A stretch of DNA of 63,486 nucleotides, filler included, from Thermodesulfobacteriota bacterium (GTDB lineage Bacteria; DASVDK01), in NCBI GenBank assembly GCA_036381125.1. It is 6 parts of 6 records of this genome, joined end to end, with 100 filler letters (N's around TTAATTAATTAA, not from the genome) between each part and the next. Parts side by side here need not be neighbours in the genome. Positions count along the whole stretch, not along the records: positions 20,568 to 31,449 come from DASVDK010000355.1; 5 more parts are not named here. One strand, written 5' to 3'. Both the position numbers and the translations under genes were made by a program. Position 1 is the first letter of the stretch; every line of letters starts with the position of its first letter. Below the pieces are notes generated by a model. It worked only from the letters and a program-made list of their open reading frames with translations, had not been told where the DNA came from and did not search any database. This document shows, piece after piece, positions 20,569-29,841 of the stretch.

Positions 20569-21273
20569 CTCGCCGGCAACGCGGGCGAGATCCTGGTCAT
20601 GCTCCTCGCGGCGCTCGTCGGGTTCCCGCTCCCGCTGCTGCCGGTGCAGATCCTCTGGGTGAACCTCGTGACCGACGGCCTGCCGGCGCTGGCGCTCGCC
20701 ACCGAGCGGGTCGAGCCGGAGGCGCTCACCCGCCCGCCGCGCCGGCTCGACGACGGCTTCACCGACGCGCGGTTCCTGCGGCGCCTCGTACTCGCCGGCG
20801 CCGCGATCGGCCTGGTGTCGCTCCTCGGCTTCTGGCTCGGCTACCGGTCCTCCGGCGACGCCGACGAGGGGCGCAGCCTCGCCTTCGCCGTGCTCGTCGT
20901 GAGCCACGTGCTCTGGGCGCTCGCGGCCCGGTCGTGGACGCGGATCGCCCTCGGGCCGGCGCTCTTCACGAACGCCCGCCTGCTCGCCGTGGTCGTCGGG
21001 ACGCTCGTCCTGCAGGTCCTCGTCGAGAGCGTGCCCGCCGTGGCCGCCTTCCTCGGCGTCGAGGCGCTCGCCCTCGGCGACTGGCTCCTCGCCGGCGCCC
21101 TCGGCCTCGTGCCGGCCGTGGCGGTGGACCTGTCGAAGTGGATCGAGCGGCGGGCGTCGTGCCGGGGGGCGCCGCGGCTCAGGAGCGGGCCGATCCGGGG
21201 CCCGGGGCCGGGAAGGCGCGCCGCAGCTCCTCCGGAAGCTGGTGGTACACGTCCTCCATCTGACCGCGGCTGA
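20569..21273 (+). CDS. Cation-transporting P-type ATPase, C-terminal part (5' truncated)
   Basis: GNAGEI...PLLPVQILWVNLVTDGLPALALATE. Confidence 0.92.
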   Translation, partial: LAGNAGEILVMLLAALVGFPLPLLPVQILWVNLVTDGLPALALATERVEPEALTRPPRRLDDGFTDARFLRRLVLAGAAIGLVSLLGFWLGYRSSGDADEGRSLAFAVLVVSHVLWALAARSWTRIALGPALFTNARLLAVVVGTLVLQVLVESVPAVAAFLGVEALALGDWLLAGALGLVPAVAVDLSKWIERRASCRGAPRLRSGPIRGPGPGRRAAAPPEAGGTRPPSDRG

Positions 21274-22054
21274 CGGTCTGCGAGACGACGTTCCAGACGG
21301 CGGCCATGAGCGACGCCGCACGGTCCCGGTCCACGCCGAGCTGCCGAACGAGGTCGGCCTCGATCGTCTCCCGCGTGACGCCCTTGTCCGGGCCGGGCGG
21401 CAGCGCGCGCAGCCTCGGTTGGAGCAGCGAGGGGAGCTGCGCGACGAGGTCCTTCGCCTCGTCGGGGGTGAGTCGCCGCACGATCGAGCCGAGGACGACC
21501 TCGAGCGCCGCCTCCGCCCGCTCCGGCGCCTCCAGGGCCGCCTCCGCCTGCAGTTGCCGGACGAGGCGGCCGAAGGTGGCCTCCGCGCGGGCGGCGCGCC
21601 GCGCCCTCGCCGGCGACCTGACCGGCCCCGCCGGCCCGCCCTCGCCGATCTGCGCCTCGACGACCGCGGCCAGGTGATCGAGCGGCGCGGCCTCGTCGAG
21701 GAGGAGGTCGTCGAGCGTGACCAACCCGACGAGGCGCCCGTCCTCGACGAGCGGGATGCGCCGGACGTTGTAGTCCTCCATCATCCGGATCGCGTCGGTC
21801 TGGTCGTCGGCCGGGGAGAGCGTCACCACGGGCGTCGTCATGACCTCGGAGAGGGGGGTCGTCCTCGGGTCGCGCGCGCGTCCGACGACGCGGACCGTAA
21901 GGTCACGGTCGGTGACGATGCCGACCACCTGCCCCTCCCGCTGCACGACCACTGCGCCGATGTTGTTGTTCTCGAGCGCCCGCGCCGCGTCGAGCACCGG
22001 GGTGTTCGGGTTGAGCACCACGAGGCGCGGCCGCACGTACAGCCTGAGCGACAT
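21179..22054 (-). CDS. CBS-pair protein fused to DUF2267-like domain
   Basis: GIVTDRDL, NVRRIPLV, GLVTLDDLL; C-terminal RRLTPDEAKDLVAQLP...VSRGQMEDVYHQLPEEL. Confidence 0.8.
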   Translation of the reverse strand: MSLRLYVRPRLVVLNPNTPVLDAARALENNNIGAVVVQREGQVVGIVTDRDLTVRVVGRARDPRTTPLSEVMTTPVVTLSPADDQTDAIRMMEDYNVRRIPLVEDGRLVGLVTLDDLLLDEAAPLDHLAAVVEAQIGEGGPAGPVRSPARARRAARAEATFGRLVRQLQAEAALEAPERAEAALEVVLGSIVRRLTPDEAKDLVAQLPSLLQPRLRALPPGPDKGVTRETIEADLVRQLGVDRDRAASLMAAVWNVVSQTVSRGQMEDVYHQLPEELRRAFPAPGPGSARS

Positions 22055-22076
22055 GCCGGTTCTCCTTCTCGATCGG

Positions 22077-22922
22077 TCAGGCGGTCGAGACGACCGCCCC
22101 GCGGCGCCGGCCGCGCGCGCGGAGCGTCCGCCTGCGCTGGAGCGCTCGCCGAACGGCTCGCTCCACGCCGGCGAGCGCCCGGTTCACCGCGCCGCGGCGC
22201 GAGGCGTCCCGCCCCTCGACGACCACGCTCGGCAGACCGTGCAGGACCACCGCGACCCGGCAGGCCGTGTCGACGCCGCCGCGGGGGCCGTTCACGTCCC
22301 GCAGGCCGACGTTCACGCGCTCGATGGCCGGCGCGAACTTCCCGAGCCTGTCGCCGAACCGGCGCCGGATGTCGTTCCGGGTGCGGCGGTCGAGCGCGAC
22401 GCCCGTCGCCCGGATGCGCACCGGCATCGGCGGCGGGGCGTCCGTGCGGCCGGACGCCCGCGTGCGGCGGCGGACGATCGGGCGCCCGCCGCGCCGCGTG
22501 GCGCTCGCCGGCGACCGCTGCGTCGGCCGCTCGGCCCGGATCGTCGGGCGGGTCGATCCGCGACCGAGCGCGTCGAGCACATCGGTGGCCGTCACGATGC
22601 CGACGAGTCGATCGCCCTCCAGCACCGGCAGCGAGCCGACCTGACGGCCTCGCATCAGGTTCGCCGCCTGCCTGAGCGTCGTGTTCGGTTGGACGGTCAC
22701 CGTGCCAGGCGTCATCAGCTCCTCGACCGTGCGGCCCTTGCGAAGGACCGCTCCGTTGCGGCCGCCGAGGTCGCGCTCGGAGAGGATCCCGACCAGGTGC
22801 GAGTCGTCGGTCACCACGAGATGGCGGATGCGGCGTTGCCGCATGCGGGACCAGGCGGCGCTCGCCGGCTCGGCCGCGCCGATGGTCTCCACGGGCGTGC
22901 TCATGATCTCGTGGACCCGCAT
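22077..22922 (-). CDS. CBS-pair protein fused to HPF/RaiA-like domain
   Basis: RIRHLVV, GILSERDL, GSLPV, GIVTATD; C-terminal FAPAIERVNVGLRDVNGPRGGVDTACRV. Confidence 0.78.
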   Translation of the reverse strand: MRVHEIMSTPVETIGAAEPASAAWSRMRQRRIRHLVVTDDSHLVGILSERDLGGRNGAVLRKGRTVEELMTPGTVTVQPNTTLRQAANLMRGRQVGSLPVLEGDRLVGIVTATDVLDALGRGSTRPTIRAERPTQRSPASATRRGGRPIVRRRTRASGRTDAPPPMPVRIRATGVALDRRTRNDIRRRFGDRLGKFAPAIERVNVGLRDVNGPRGGVDTACRVAVVLHGLPSVVVEGRDASRRGAVNRALAGVERAVRRALQRRRTLRARGRRRGAVVSTA

Positions 22923-23006
22923 GACGCCTTGCCTTTCATGAGCCGTACCCGCATCGAGACAAGGGGGGCGGTGCCGGCCGGGGCGGCCGGGGTGGCCGGT
23001 TGCCCG

Positions 23007-23030
23007 GCGCCTTGACCCACGTCAAGGCGC
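23007..23030. promoter_or_regulatory. FNR/CRP-family-like palindromic site in divergent intergenic region
   Basis: GCGCCTTGAC-CCAC-GTCAAGGCGC perfect inverted repeat; core TTGAC-N4-GTCAA. Confidence 0.65.
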
Positions 23031-23082
23031 ACCGGCGCCCGCGGCGACACGATGCCCGCGGGAGGTGCACCGGAACGTGTCC

Positions 23083-24357
23083 ATGCCGAGGCCGTCACCG
23101 CAGCCGAGGGTCGCGTCGCTGCCTCCGGCGGCCCTCCCGGCGGTCCACTTCGCGGCGGCGTTCGGTGCGCTCGTCGTCGGCGCGGCCGGCCTGGTCTGGG
23201 CGGCGCCCGATCTTGCCGTCGGCGCCTACCTCGCGTTCCCCGTGATCGGGGTCGTGCACCTCTTCACGCTCGGCTTCGTGACGATGTCGATCATGGGCGT
23301 CCTCTACCAGTTCCTCCCGATCGGGCTCGGCGTCGGGATCCGGAGCGAGCGGCTCGCGTATCAGACCTTCGGCCTCTTCGCGCCGGGGGTGCTCCTCTTC
23401 GTGCTGGGGACCGCCCTCGCCCGGCACCCGCTCCTGCGCGCGGGCGTCGCGCTCGTGGCCGCGGCCGTCCTCGCGTTCGTCCTGAACCTCGCGGCGACGC
23501 TCGCCCGGGTCGAGAACCGGAACGTCACCTGGTGGGGGCTTGCCATCGGCGCCGCGAACCTCGTGGCGGTGCTCGCCCTGGGCGTCCTGCTCGCCGCCAA
23601 CCTGGGGACCGGCAGCCTCGGCGCCGCGCGTCTCGGCGCGGGCGCCGCGCACGCCCACCTCGCCCTCCTCGGCTTCGTCATGCCGGTCGTCGTCGGCGTG
23701 GGGCACAAGCTCCTGCCGATGTTCCTGGTGGCGCCGGGCGTCGACCGCCGGCCGGCCGCGGCCGCCCTCGCGCTCCTCGGCGCCGGCGCACCGCTTCTGG
23801 CGGCCGGGCTCGGTCTCGGCAGCCGGGCGGCGGCGCTCGCGGGCGCCGGCCTCGCCCTGGCGGGCCTCCTCGCCTTCGTGCTGCAGGCCGCCCTTTACTT
23901 CCGGCGGCGCCGGCTGCCCGCGCTCGACCCGGCGATGCGGCTCGCGGCGTTCGGCGTGACGTCGCTCGCGCTGGCGGCGGCCCTCGCCCCGGCCGTCCTC
24001 GTCCGGGGTTCCCGCGCGCCGGGCCTCGTGACCGCGTACGGGATCCTGGGGCTCCTCGGCCTCTGCCTCTTCGTCGTCGGGCACTACTACCGGATCGTGC
24101 CGCACTTCGTCTGGCGCCAGCGGTACCTCTCGCGGCGGGACGGGGCGCCGATGCCGAGGCCCGACGACCTCCTCTCGCGGCGCCGGGCGTCGATCGCGGC
24201 CGCCCTCCTCGCGGCCGGCCTGGCCGTGCTCGCCGCGGCGGCGGCCCTCGCCGGGGTCGCCCCGGCGGCCCTCGCGCGGGCCGGCGCCCTCCTCTTCGCG
24301 GCCGGCGCCGCGACCGTTACCGTGCAGATGGCCGGGCTCGCGCTCGGCCGTTCGTGA
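23083..24357 (+). CDS. Polytopic His-containing membrane protein (NnrS/heme-copper oxidase subunit I-like)
   Basis: About 12 hydrophobic segments; VHLFTLG...GVLYQFLP, AHAHLALLG...HKLLPMF, GHYYRIVP. Confidence 0.65.
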   Translation: MPRPSPQPRVASLPPAALPAVHFAAAFGALVVGAAGLVWAAPDLAVGAYLAFPVIGVVHLFTLGFVTMSIMGVLYQFLPIGLGVGIRSERLAYQTFGLFAPGVLLFVLGTALARHPLLRAGVALVAAAVLAFVLNLAATLARVENRNVTWWGLAIGAANLVAVLALGVLLAANLGTGSLGAARLGAGAAHAHLALLGFVMPVVVGVGHKLLPMFLVAPGVDRRPAAAALALLGAGAPLLAAGLGLGSRAAALAGAGLALAGLLAFVLQAALYFRRRRLPALDPAMRLAAFGVTSLALAAALAPAVLVRGSRAPGLVTAYGILGLLGLCLFVVGHYYRIVPHFVWRQRYLSRRDGAPMPRPDDLLSRRRASIAAALLAAGLAVLAAAAALAGVAPAALARAGALLFAAGAATVTVQMAGLALGRS

Positions 24358-24370
24358 AAGGAGACCTCCG

Positions 24371-24616
24371 ATGCGACCGACGACGACCCTCCCCCCGATC
24401 GACCCGGCCGAGACGGTCCACGCGATCCTCGAGCGCCATCCGGAGACCGGGGCGGTCTTCGAGCGACACGGGATCCACGCGTGCTGCGGCGGCGACGTGC
24501 CGCTCGCCGTGGCGGCCGAGCGCGACGGCGCCGACCTTGCGCGCCTCGTCGCCGACCTCCGCGAGGCGGTGGGGGAGGGCGGCGGGGACGCCAACCGCCA
24601 GGGCGGGTCGCGGTGA
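24371..24616 (+). CDS. Small DUF542/ScdA-N (Ric N-terminal) domain protein
   Basis: VFERHGIHACCGG motif; AAGGAG RBS. Confidence 0.75.
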   Translation: MRPTTTLPPIDPAETVHAILERHPETGAVFERHGIHACCGGDVPLAVAAERDGADLARLVADLREAVGEGGGDANRQGGSR

Positions 24617-24707
24617 GGTGAGCCGCGGGGCGGGTCGGCACCGGCCCGCCGATCCTCACTCCTCCTGACCCCTCCATGAACCCCCGCGGGCCGAGGCGCG
24701 ATCGGCT

Positions 24708-25121
24708 CTAGCGCCGTCGGGGGGGCGCTGCGACGCCGGACGCACCGCCGGTCCGGCGTCTCCCGGCAAGGCGAGCGCGCAGCAGGGCGGCAAGGACGAC
24801 GGCCTGGTTGTGCTCCGGGTCGCGCGCGCCGTAGACGAGCGTGACGGGGCCGCGGCGGGCGTGCGCCGCGAGGTCGGCCAGCGCCGCCTTCGGCTCTGCC
24901 TGCGCGAGCTCGCGCCGGTAGCGACGGCGAAACTCGTCCCACCGCTCGGGGTCGTGACCGAACCAGCGGCGCAGTGCATCGCTCGGCGCGAGCACCCTGG
25001 CCCAGACGTCGATGCGCGCCGTCGCGCGCGAGACGCCGCGCGGCCAGAGGCGGTCGACGAGGACGCGGTAGCCGTCCTCCGGAGAGGCCGGCTCGTAGAC
25101 ACGCTTGATGCGGATCGTCAT
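24708..25121 (-). CDS. DUF488 family protein (YeaO-like)
   Basis: IRIKRVYEP, GYRVLVDRLWPRGV, APSDALRRWFGHDP, VTLVYGARD..HNQA. Confidence 0.92.
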   Translation of the reverse strand: MTIRIKRVYEPASPEDGYRVLVDRLWPRGVSRATARIDVWARVLAPSDALRRWFGHDPERWDEFRRRYRRELAQAEPKAALADLAAHARRGPVTLVYGARDPEHNQAVVLAALLRARLAGRRRTGGASGVAAPPRRR

Positions 25122-25361
25122 TGCCCCCCCAGTATGACGCGCCCGGCCGGGCCTGTCGCGGACCTGGGGCATCGGTGTCCCCGCCGGGACGGCGATGCCC
25201 CGCCCGGGCGCGCGGTGCGCGTTCGCACCTCCAGGTATTTCGCGGGGTCACGCGCCATTCGGGCCGGCGGTGGAGCCGGTCCCGGTCTTGCACAGGGGGA
25301 CGGCAGCGCGCGAGAGATCGCGCCGCCGACGCGGTCCTCCATGGATATCGGGAGTGAAGTC

Positions 25362-25802
25362 GTGAGAGACGCGAAGAGACTCATCGTCGTGCTGGCGGCG
25401 GCGCTCGTCGTCGCCGGCTGCCAGAAGGGCGGGGAAACGCCGGCCCCATCCGCCGTCGCCTCTCCCGAGTCGGGCGCGCCGGCCCCCTCCGTGGCGAAGG
25501 CGGGCGACCCGCGCGGACAGATCTTCATCGACAAGGGATGCGTGATGTGCCACCAGGTCTCGAAGCTCGGCGTCCCGGGGCAGGAGATCGGCCCCGATCT
25601 GAGCTTCGCCGCCAGCGACGTGCGCGCCCGCTTCGGGACGGACCTCGAGTCGTTCCTGAAGAACCCCACCGGCACGATGCAGATCGTGCTCTCGAGCCAG
25701 ATCACGCTGTCCGAGGACGAGCGCGAGGACATCGCCGAGCTGCTCATCGAGCTCGAGAAGGACCACGACTCGGACCGCAAGGACCGCAAGGACCGGAAGT
25801 GA
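25362..25802 (+). CDS. Monoheme cytochrome c lipoprotein upstream of nosZ
   Basis: Lipobox VVAGC; CVMCH; GPDLS; LKNPTGTM. Confidence 0.85.
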   Translation: MRDAKRLIVVLAAALVVAGCQKGGETPAPSAVASPESGAPAPSVAKAGDPRGQIFIDKGCVMCHQVSKLGVPGQEIGPDLSFAASDVRARFGTDLESFLKNPTGTMQIVLSSQITLSEDEREDIAELLIELEKDHDSDRKDRKDRK

Positions 25803-25819
25803 GGAGACGGGAGGACGAC

Positions 25820-27715
25820 ATGTCCACGAAACATCACACGAGGCGCGCTGCGGTGCTCGCGATCGGCGCCGCCGCGGCCCTGGTCGCGGGGGGCTGCAGC
25901 GCCGGATCGAAGCCCGCGGCCGAGAAGCCGGCCGCCACCGACGCGGCTCGCGCCGCGTACGTCGCCCCGGGCGAGCTGGACCAGTACTACCTCTTCTACT
26001 CGGGCGGACACTCGGGGCAGGTGTTCGTGGCCGGGGTACCCTCCATGCGGCACATCGCCACGATCCCCGTGTTCACGCCGTACCCCGGCACCGGCTACGG
26101 CTTCGACGACGAGTCGAAGGCGATGCTCGGGGCGTTCACCTGGGGCGACGTGCACCACCCGAACCTCTCGAAGACCGACGGCCGGTACGACGGCCGCTGG
26201 CTCTTCGTGAACGACAACGCCAACAACCGCGTGGCCCGCATCGACCTGCGGGACTTCAAGACGAAGCAGATCTTCGGCCCGATCCCGAACTCGAGCGGCA
26301 ACCACGGCTCCGCATTCGTCACGCGCAACACCGAGTACCTCCTCGTCGCGAGCCGCTTCTCGGTCCCGCTGCCCAAGGGGCGCGTGGCGCCGGTCAAGGA
26401 CTACGGGACCCAGTACAGGGGCTCGGTGACCGGCCTCAAGGTGGACCCGGCGTCGGGCGAGATGTCGATGGGGTGGCAGATCGTGACGCCGCCGTTCAAC
26501 TGGGACCTCGGCGCGACCGGCCGCGGCCCGAGCGACGGCTGGGCCTTCTGGTCCAGCTACAACAGCGAGCGGGCGACCGGCAAGCTCGAGGTGACCGCCT
26601 CCCAGAACGACCGTGACTACGCGGCGTTCGTCAACTGGAAGGCGGCCGAAGAGGCGATCGAGAAGAAGCAGTACACGGAGATCGGCGGCGTCAAGGTCAT
26701 CGACCCCGCGAAGGCGAAGGGGGTCATGTACCTGGTGCCGCTCGGCAAGAGCCCCCACGGCATCGACGTGACGCCGGACGGCCGGTACGTCATCGGCTCG
26801 GGCAAGCTCGCGCCGGTCGTGACCGTCTACGACTTCGAGAAGTTCAAGGAGGCGATCGCGAAGGAGGACTTCGTCGGCGAAGAGGACGGCATCCCGGTCG
26901 TCCGCTGGGAGGCCGCGGCGATCGCCGAGGTGCCGGTGGGCCTCGGGCCGCTCCACACGCAGTTCGACGGCAAGGGCTACGCCTACACGTCGCTCTTCGT
27001 CGAGTCGGCCGTGGCCAAGTGGAAGCTGCCGCCGTACGAGCCCGGCGCGAAGATGGAGCAGTACGTGGTCGACAAGATCCCGGTCCACTTCAACATCGGC
27101 CACCTCGTCACCTCGCACGGCGACACCGAGGAGCCCGACGGGCGGTGGCTCGTGGCGATGAACAAGCTCTCGAAGGGCCGGCACCTGAACGTGGGGCCGT
27201 CGCAGCCCGAGTCGAGCCAGCTCATCGACATCACCGGGCAGAAGATGCGGATGATCGCCGAGGCCTTCACCGAGCCGGAGCCGCACTTCGCCCAGCTCGT
27301 CCGGGCGGACGTCCTCAAGCCGATCGAGGTGTACTCGAAGGACGAGAACACGAACCCGAACGCCATCTGGTCGGCCGACGAGGCGAAGGTCGAGCGGAAG
27401 GGCAACAAGGTCACGGTGTGGCTCTACCAGGTGCGGACCTTCTTCGCGCCGGACGTGATCGAGGTGAACCAGGGCGACGTGGTGACGGTGCACATCACCA
27501 ACGCCGAGCAGACGCGCGACGAGCTGCACGGCTTCGGGATCGCCGAGTACAACGTCAACGTCGTCAACGACCCGGGCGAGACCAAGACGGTCACGTTCGT
27601 CGCGGACAAGGCGGGGGTCTTCCCCTTCTACTGCACGAACTTCTGCTCGGCGCTCCACCAGGAGATGCAGGGCTACCTGGTGGTGAACCCGTCGAAGCGC
27701 AAGCCGAGCGCGTAG
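25820..27715 (+). CDS. nosZ: Nitrous-oxide reductase, clade II
   Basis: SGGHSGQ, WGDVHHP, KSPHG, GLGPLHT, GHL, EPH CuZ ligands; CuA HG...CTNFCSALHQEM; lipoprotein-type signal (LVAGGC). Confidence 0.97.
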   Translation: MSTKHHTRRAAVLAIGAAAALVAGGCSAGSKPAAEKPAATDAARAAYVAPGELDQYYLFYSGGHSGQVFVAGVPSMRHIATIPVFTPYPGTGYGFDDESKAMLGAFTWGDVHHPNLSKTDGRYDGRWLFVNDNANNRVARIDLRDFKTKQIFGPIPNSSGNHGSAFVTRNTEYLLVASRFSVPLPKGRVAPVKDYGTQYRGSVTGLKVDPASGEMSMGWQIVTPPFNWDLGATGRGPSDGWAFWSSYNSERATGKLEVTASQNDRDYAAFVNWKAAEEAIEKKQYTEIGGVKVIDPAKAKGVMYLVPLGKSPHGIDVTPDGRYVIGSGKLAPVVTVYDFEKFKEAIAKEDFVGEEDGIPVVRWEAAAIAEVPVGLGPLHTQFDGKGYAYTSLFVESAVAKWKLPPYEPGAKMEQYVVDKIPVHFNIGHLVTSHGDTEEPDGRWLVAMNKLSKGRHLNVGPSQPESSQLIDITGQKMRMIAEAFTEPEPHFAQLVRADVLKPIEVYSKDENTNPNAIWSADEAKVERKGNKVTVWLYQVRTFFAPDVIEVNQGDVVTVHITNAEQTRDELHGFGIAEYNVNVVNDPGETKTVTFVADKAGVFPFYCTNFCSALHQEMQGYLVVNPSKRKPSA

Positions 27716-27788
27716 CGCCGGCGACGACGGCGGTCGGGCCCGGGCGGGGGTGTCCCCGCCCGGGCCCCGGACCCGAGGAGGCGAGACC

Positions 27789-28469
27789 GTGGACCGCATG
27801 ATCGACAGGCTCGAGACGACGCTTTCCCGGCCGCTCGGGGGCCCGACGCGCGGCGCCCTGCTCCTCGGCGCCCTGCTCCTCACCCTGGCGCTCTTCCTGC
27901 CGCTCTGGCGGATCCACCTCGAGGCCCAGCAGTTCCCCGAGGGGCTCGACCTCTGGATCTACCCGTCGCGGATCGTCGGCGGCAACGGCGGGCAGGACCT
28001 CAACGAGATCAACGTCCTCAACCACTACATCGGCATGAAGGCGATCGAGCCGGCCAGCTTCCCCGAGATGAAGTGGCTGCCGTTCGGCATCGGCGTCTTC
28101 GCCCTCGTGAGCCTGCGCGCGGTCGTCCTCGGCCGCGTGCGGACCCTCGTCGACACGATCGTCCTCTTCGTCTACTTCGGCGGCTTCGCCCTCGGCTCCT
28201 TCTACTGGCGCCTCTACACCTACGGGCACAACCTCGACCCGAAGGCGCCGATGACCGTGCCCCCCTTCACGCCGCCGATCATCGGCGAGCAGCAGCTCGC
28301 CAACTTCCACGTGACGAGCCTGCCGCAGGCCGGCGCGCTGCTGCTCGCCGCCTACGGCCTCGTCCTGGCCGGCTGCCTCGTCGTCGAATGGCGGCGCAGC
28401 CGGCGCGCGGCCGGGGAGCGGGTGGCCGTGCGGATCGTCGCCCGGGCCGGGGTCGGGCATGCGCGCTAG
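27789..28469 (+). CDS. nosB: NosB-like membrane protein of clade II nos clusters
   Basis: PLWRIHLEAQQFPEGL, INVLNHYIGM, YGHNLDPKAP, PFTPPIIG; immediately after nosZ. Confidence 0.88.
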   Translation: MDRMIDRLETTLSRPLGGPTRGALLLGALLLTLALFLPLWRIHLEAQQFPEGLDLWIYPSRIVGGNGGQDLNEINVLNHYIGMKAIEPASFPEMKWLPFGIGVFALVSLRAVVLGRVRTLVDTIVLFVYFGGFALGSFYWRLYTYGHNLDPKAPMTVPPFTPPIIGEQQLANFHVTSLPQAGALLLAAYGLVLAGCLVVEWRRSRRAAGERVAVRIVARAGVGHAR

Positions 28470-29841
28470 GGGCGCCGTCGGGGCCGCCGTCGCGGCGGGG
28501 TTCCTCCTGGCGGGCGCCGCGGGCGCCGCGGAACTCCGGGTGGCGCCGGCGGGCCCCTACCGCTCCATCGGGGCCGCCGTCGAGGCGGCGCGCCCGGGCG
28601 ACACGGTCCGCGTCGCGGCCGGCCTCTACCGCGAGCGGGTCGTGATCGATCGGCCGCTGGCGCTCCTCGGGGAGCCGGGCGCCGTCGTGGACGGCGGCGG
28701 CGAGGGGACCGTCGTCCACGTCGCCGCGCCGGACGTGCGCCTCGAGGGGCTCGTCCTTCGGGCGAGCGGCCGGTCGCTCGACCGCGACGACTCGGCGGTC
28801 CTCGTGACCGGGCCGCGCGCGGTCGTCAGGGGCAACGTCCTCGAGGAGGTCCTTCACGGCGTGTACCTGCGCGGCGCCGGTGGGGCGACCGTCGCCCGCA
28901 ACGTCATCCGGGGCGGCGAGGCGAGGTCGCTCTCGACGCGCGGCGACGGCGTGCGGATCTGGAACGCGAGCGGGAACGTCGTCGCCGACAACGACATCCG
29001 CGACGTGCGCGACGGCATCTACGTCCAGGCGGCCGACGACAACGCGATCGAGCGCAACGCCGTGCGCGGGTCGCGCTACGGGCTCCACTACATGTACGCG
29101 GGCCGCAACGCCTTCGTCGGCAACCGGTTCGAGGAGAACCAGGTCGGCGCCTCGGTGATGATGTCGCGCGGCATCACGCTCGAGGCGAACACCTTCGCCC
29201 GCAACGCCGGCTACGTCGGCTACGGCCTCCTCCTCCAGGACGCGAAGGACGTGGTCGTCGAAGGCAACCGGTTCGTCGGCAACGCGACGGGGATCTTCAT
29301 GGACCTCGCCATCGGCGGCCGCGTCGTCGGCAACCTCGTCACCGGCCACGAGGTGGGGATCCATCTCTACCCGAGCAGCGAGGACAACGTCGTCGCCGGG
29401 AACCTCTTCGCCTCGAACGTGGCCGACGTCCACACCGGCCGGGGCGGCGCGGCGAACCGGTTCGCGGACGATCGGGGCGGCAACTACTGGAGCGGCGCCG
29501 CGGTGTACGACTTCGACGGCGACGGCTTCGGCGACGCGCCGCACCGGACCGGGTCGCTCGTCACGCACCTCGCGGAGGCCTACCCGCAGATGCGGCTCTT
29601 CCTCTTCTCGCCCGCCGTCCGCGCGCTCGACCTGGCCGAGCGCGCCGTCCCGGTCTTCCGGGTCCCGGAGGCGGTGGACCCGAGGCCGCTGGTCCGGCCC
29701 CCCCTGGTGGCGGCCGAGGCGCCCATCCCGGCGCGCGAGGCCGCGGGTGGGCGGGGGCTCGCGGCGGTCGGCGCGCTGATGCTGGCGGTCGGCGGCGGGG
29801 GGCTCGCCGTCGGGGTGCGGCGGCGCGGGAGGCGTCGGTGA
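28459..29841 (+). CDS. nosD: Nitrous oxide reductase maturation protein NosD
   Basis: Beta-helix repeats, RDGIY, RYGLHYMY, GNYWS..YDFDGDGFGD. Confidence 0.93.
   Translation: MRARGAVGAAVAAGFLLAGAAGAAELRVAPAGPYRSIGAAVEAARPGDTVRVAAGLYRERVVIDRPLALLGEPGAVVDGGGEGTVVHVAAPDVRLEGLVLRASGRSLDRDDSAVLVTGPRAVVRGNVLEEVLHGVYLRGAGGATVARNVIRGGEARSLSTRGDGVRIWNASGNVVADNDIRDVRDGIYVQAADDNAIERNAVRGSRYGLHYMYAGRNAFVGNRFEENQVGASVMMSRGITLEANTFARNAGYVGYGLLLQDAKDVVVEGNRFVGNATGIFMDLAIGGRVVGNLVTGHEVGIHLYPSSEDNVVAGNLFASNVADVHTGRGGAANRFADDRGGNYWSGAAVYDFDGDGFGDAPHRTGSLVTHLAEAYPQMRLFLFSPAVRALDLAERAVPVFRVPEAVDPRPLVRPPLVAAEAPIPAREAAGGRGLAAVGALMLAVGGGGLAVGVRRRGRRR

Noticed and set aside
21179-21273. 95-bp tail-to-tail overlap of the P-type ATPase and CBS gene
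   Set aside because: Low-complexity C-terminal run-on, common in GC-rich genomes
25772-25799. 9-bp repeat encoding DRKDRKDRK at the cytochrome c C-terminus, resembling the charged peptide repeats
   Set aside because: Short low-complexity tail on a different contig; no evidence of a link
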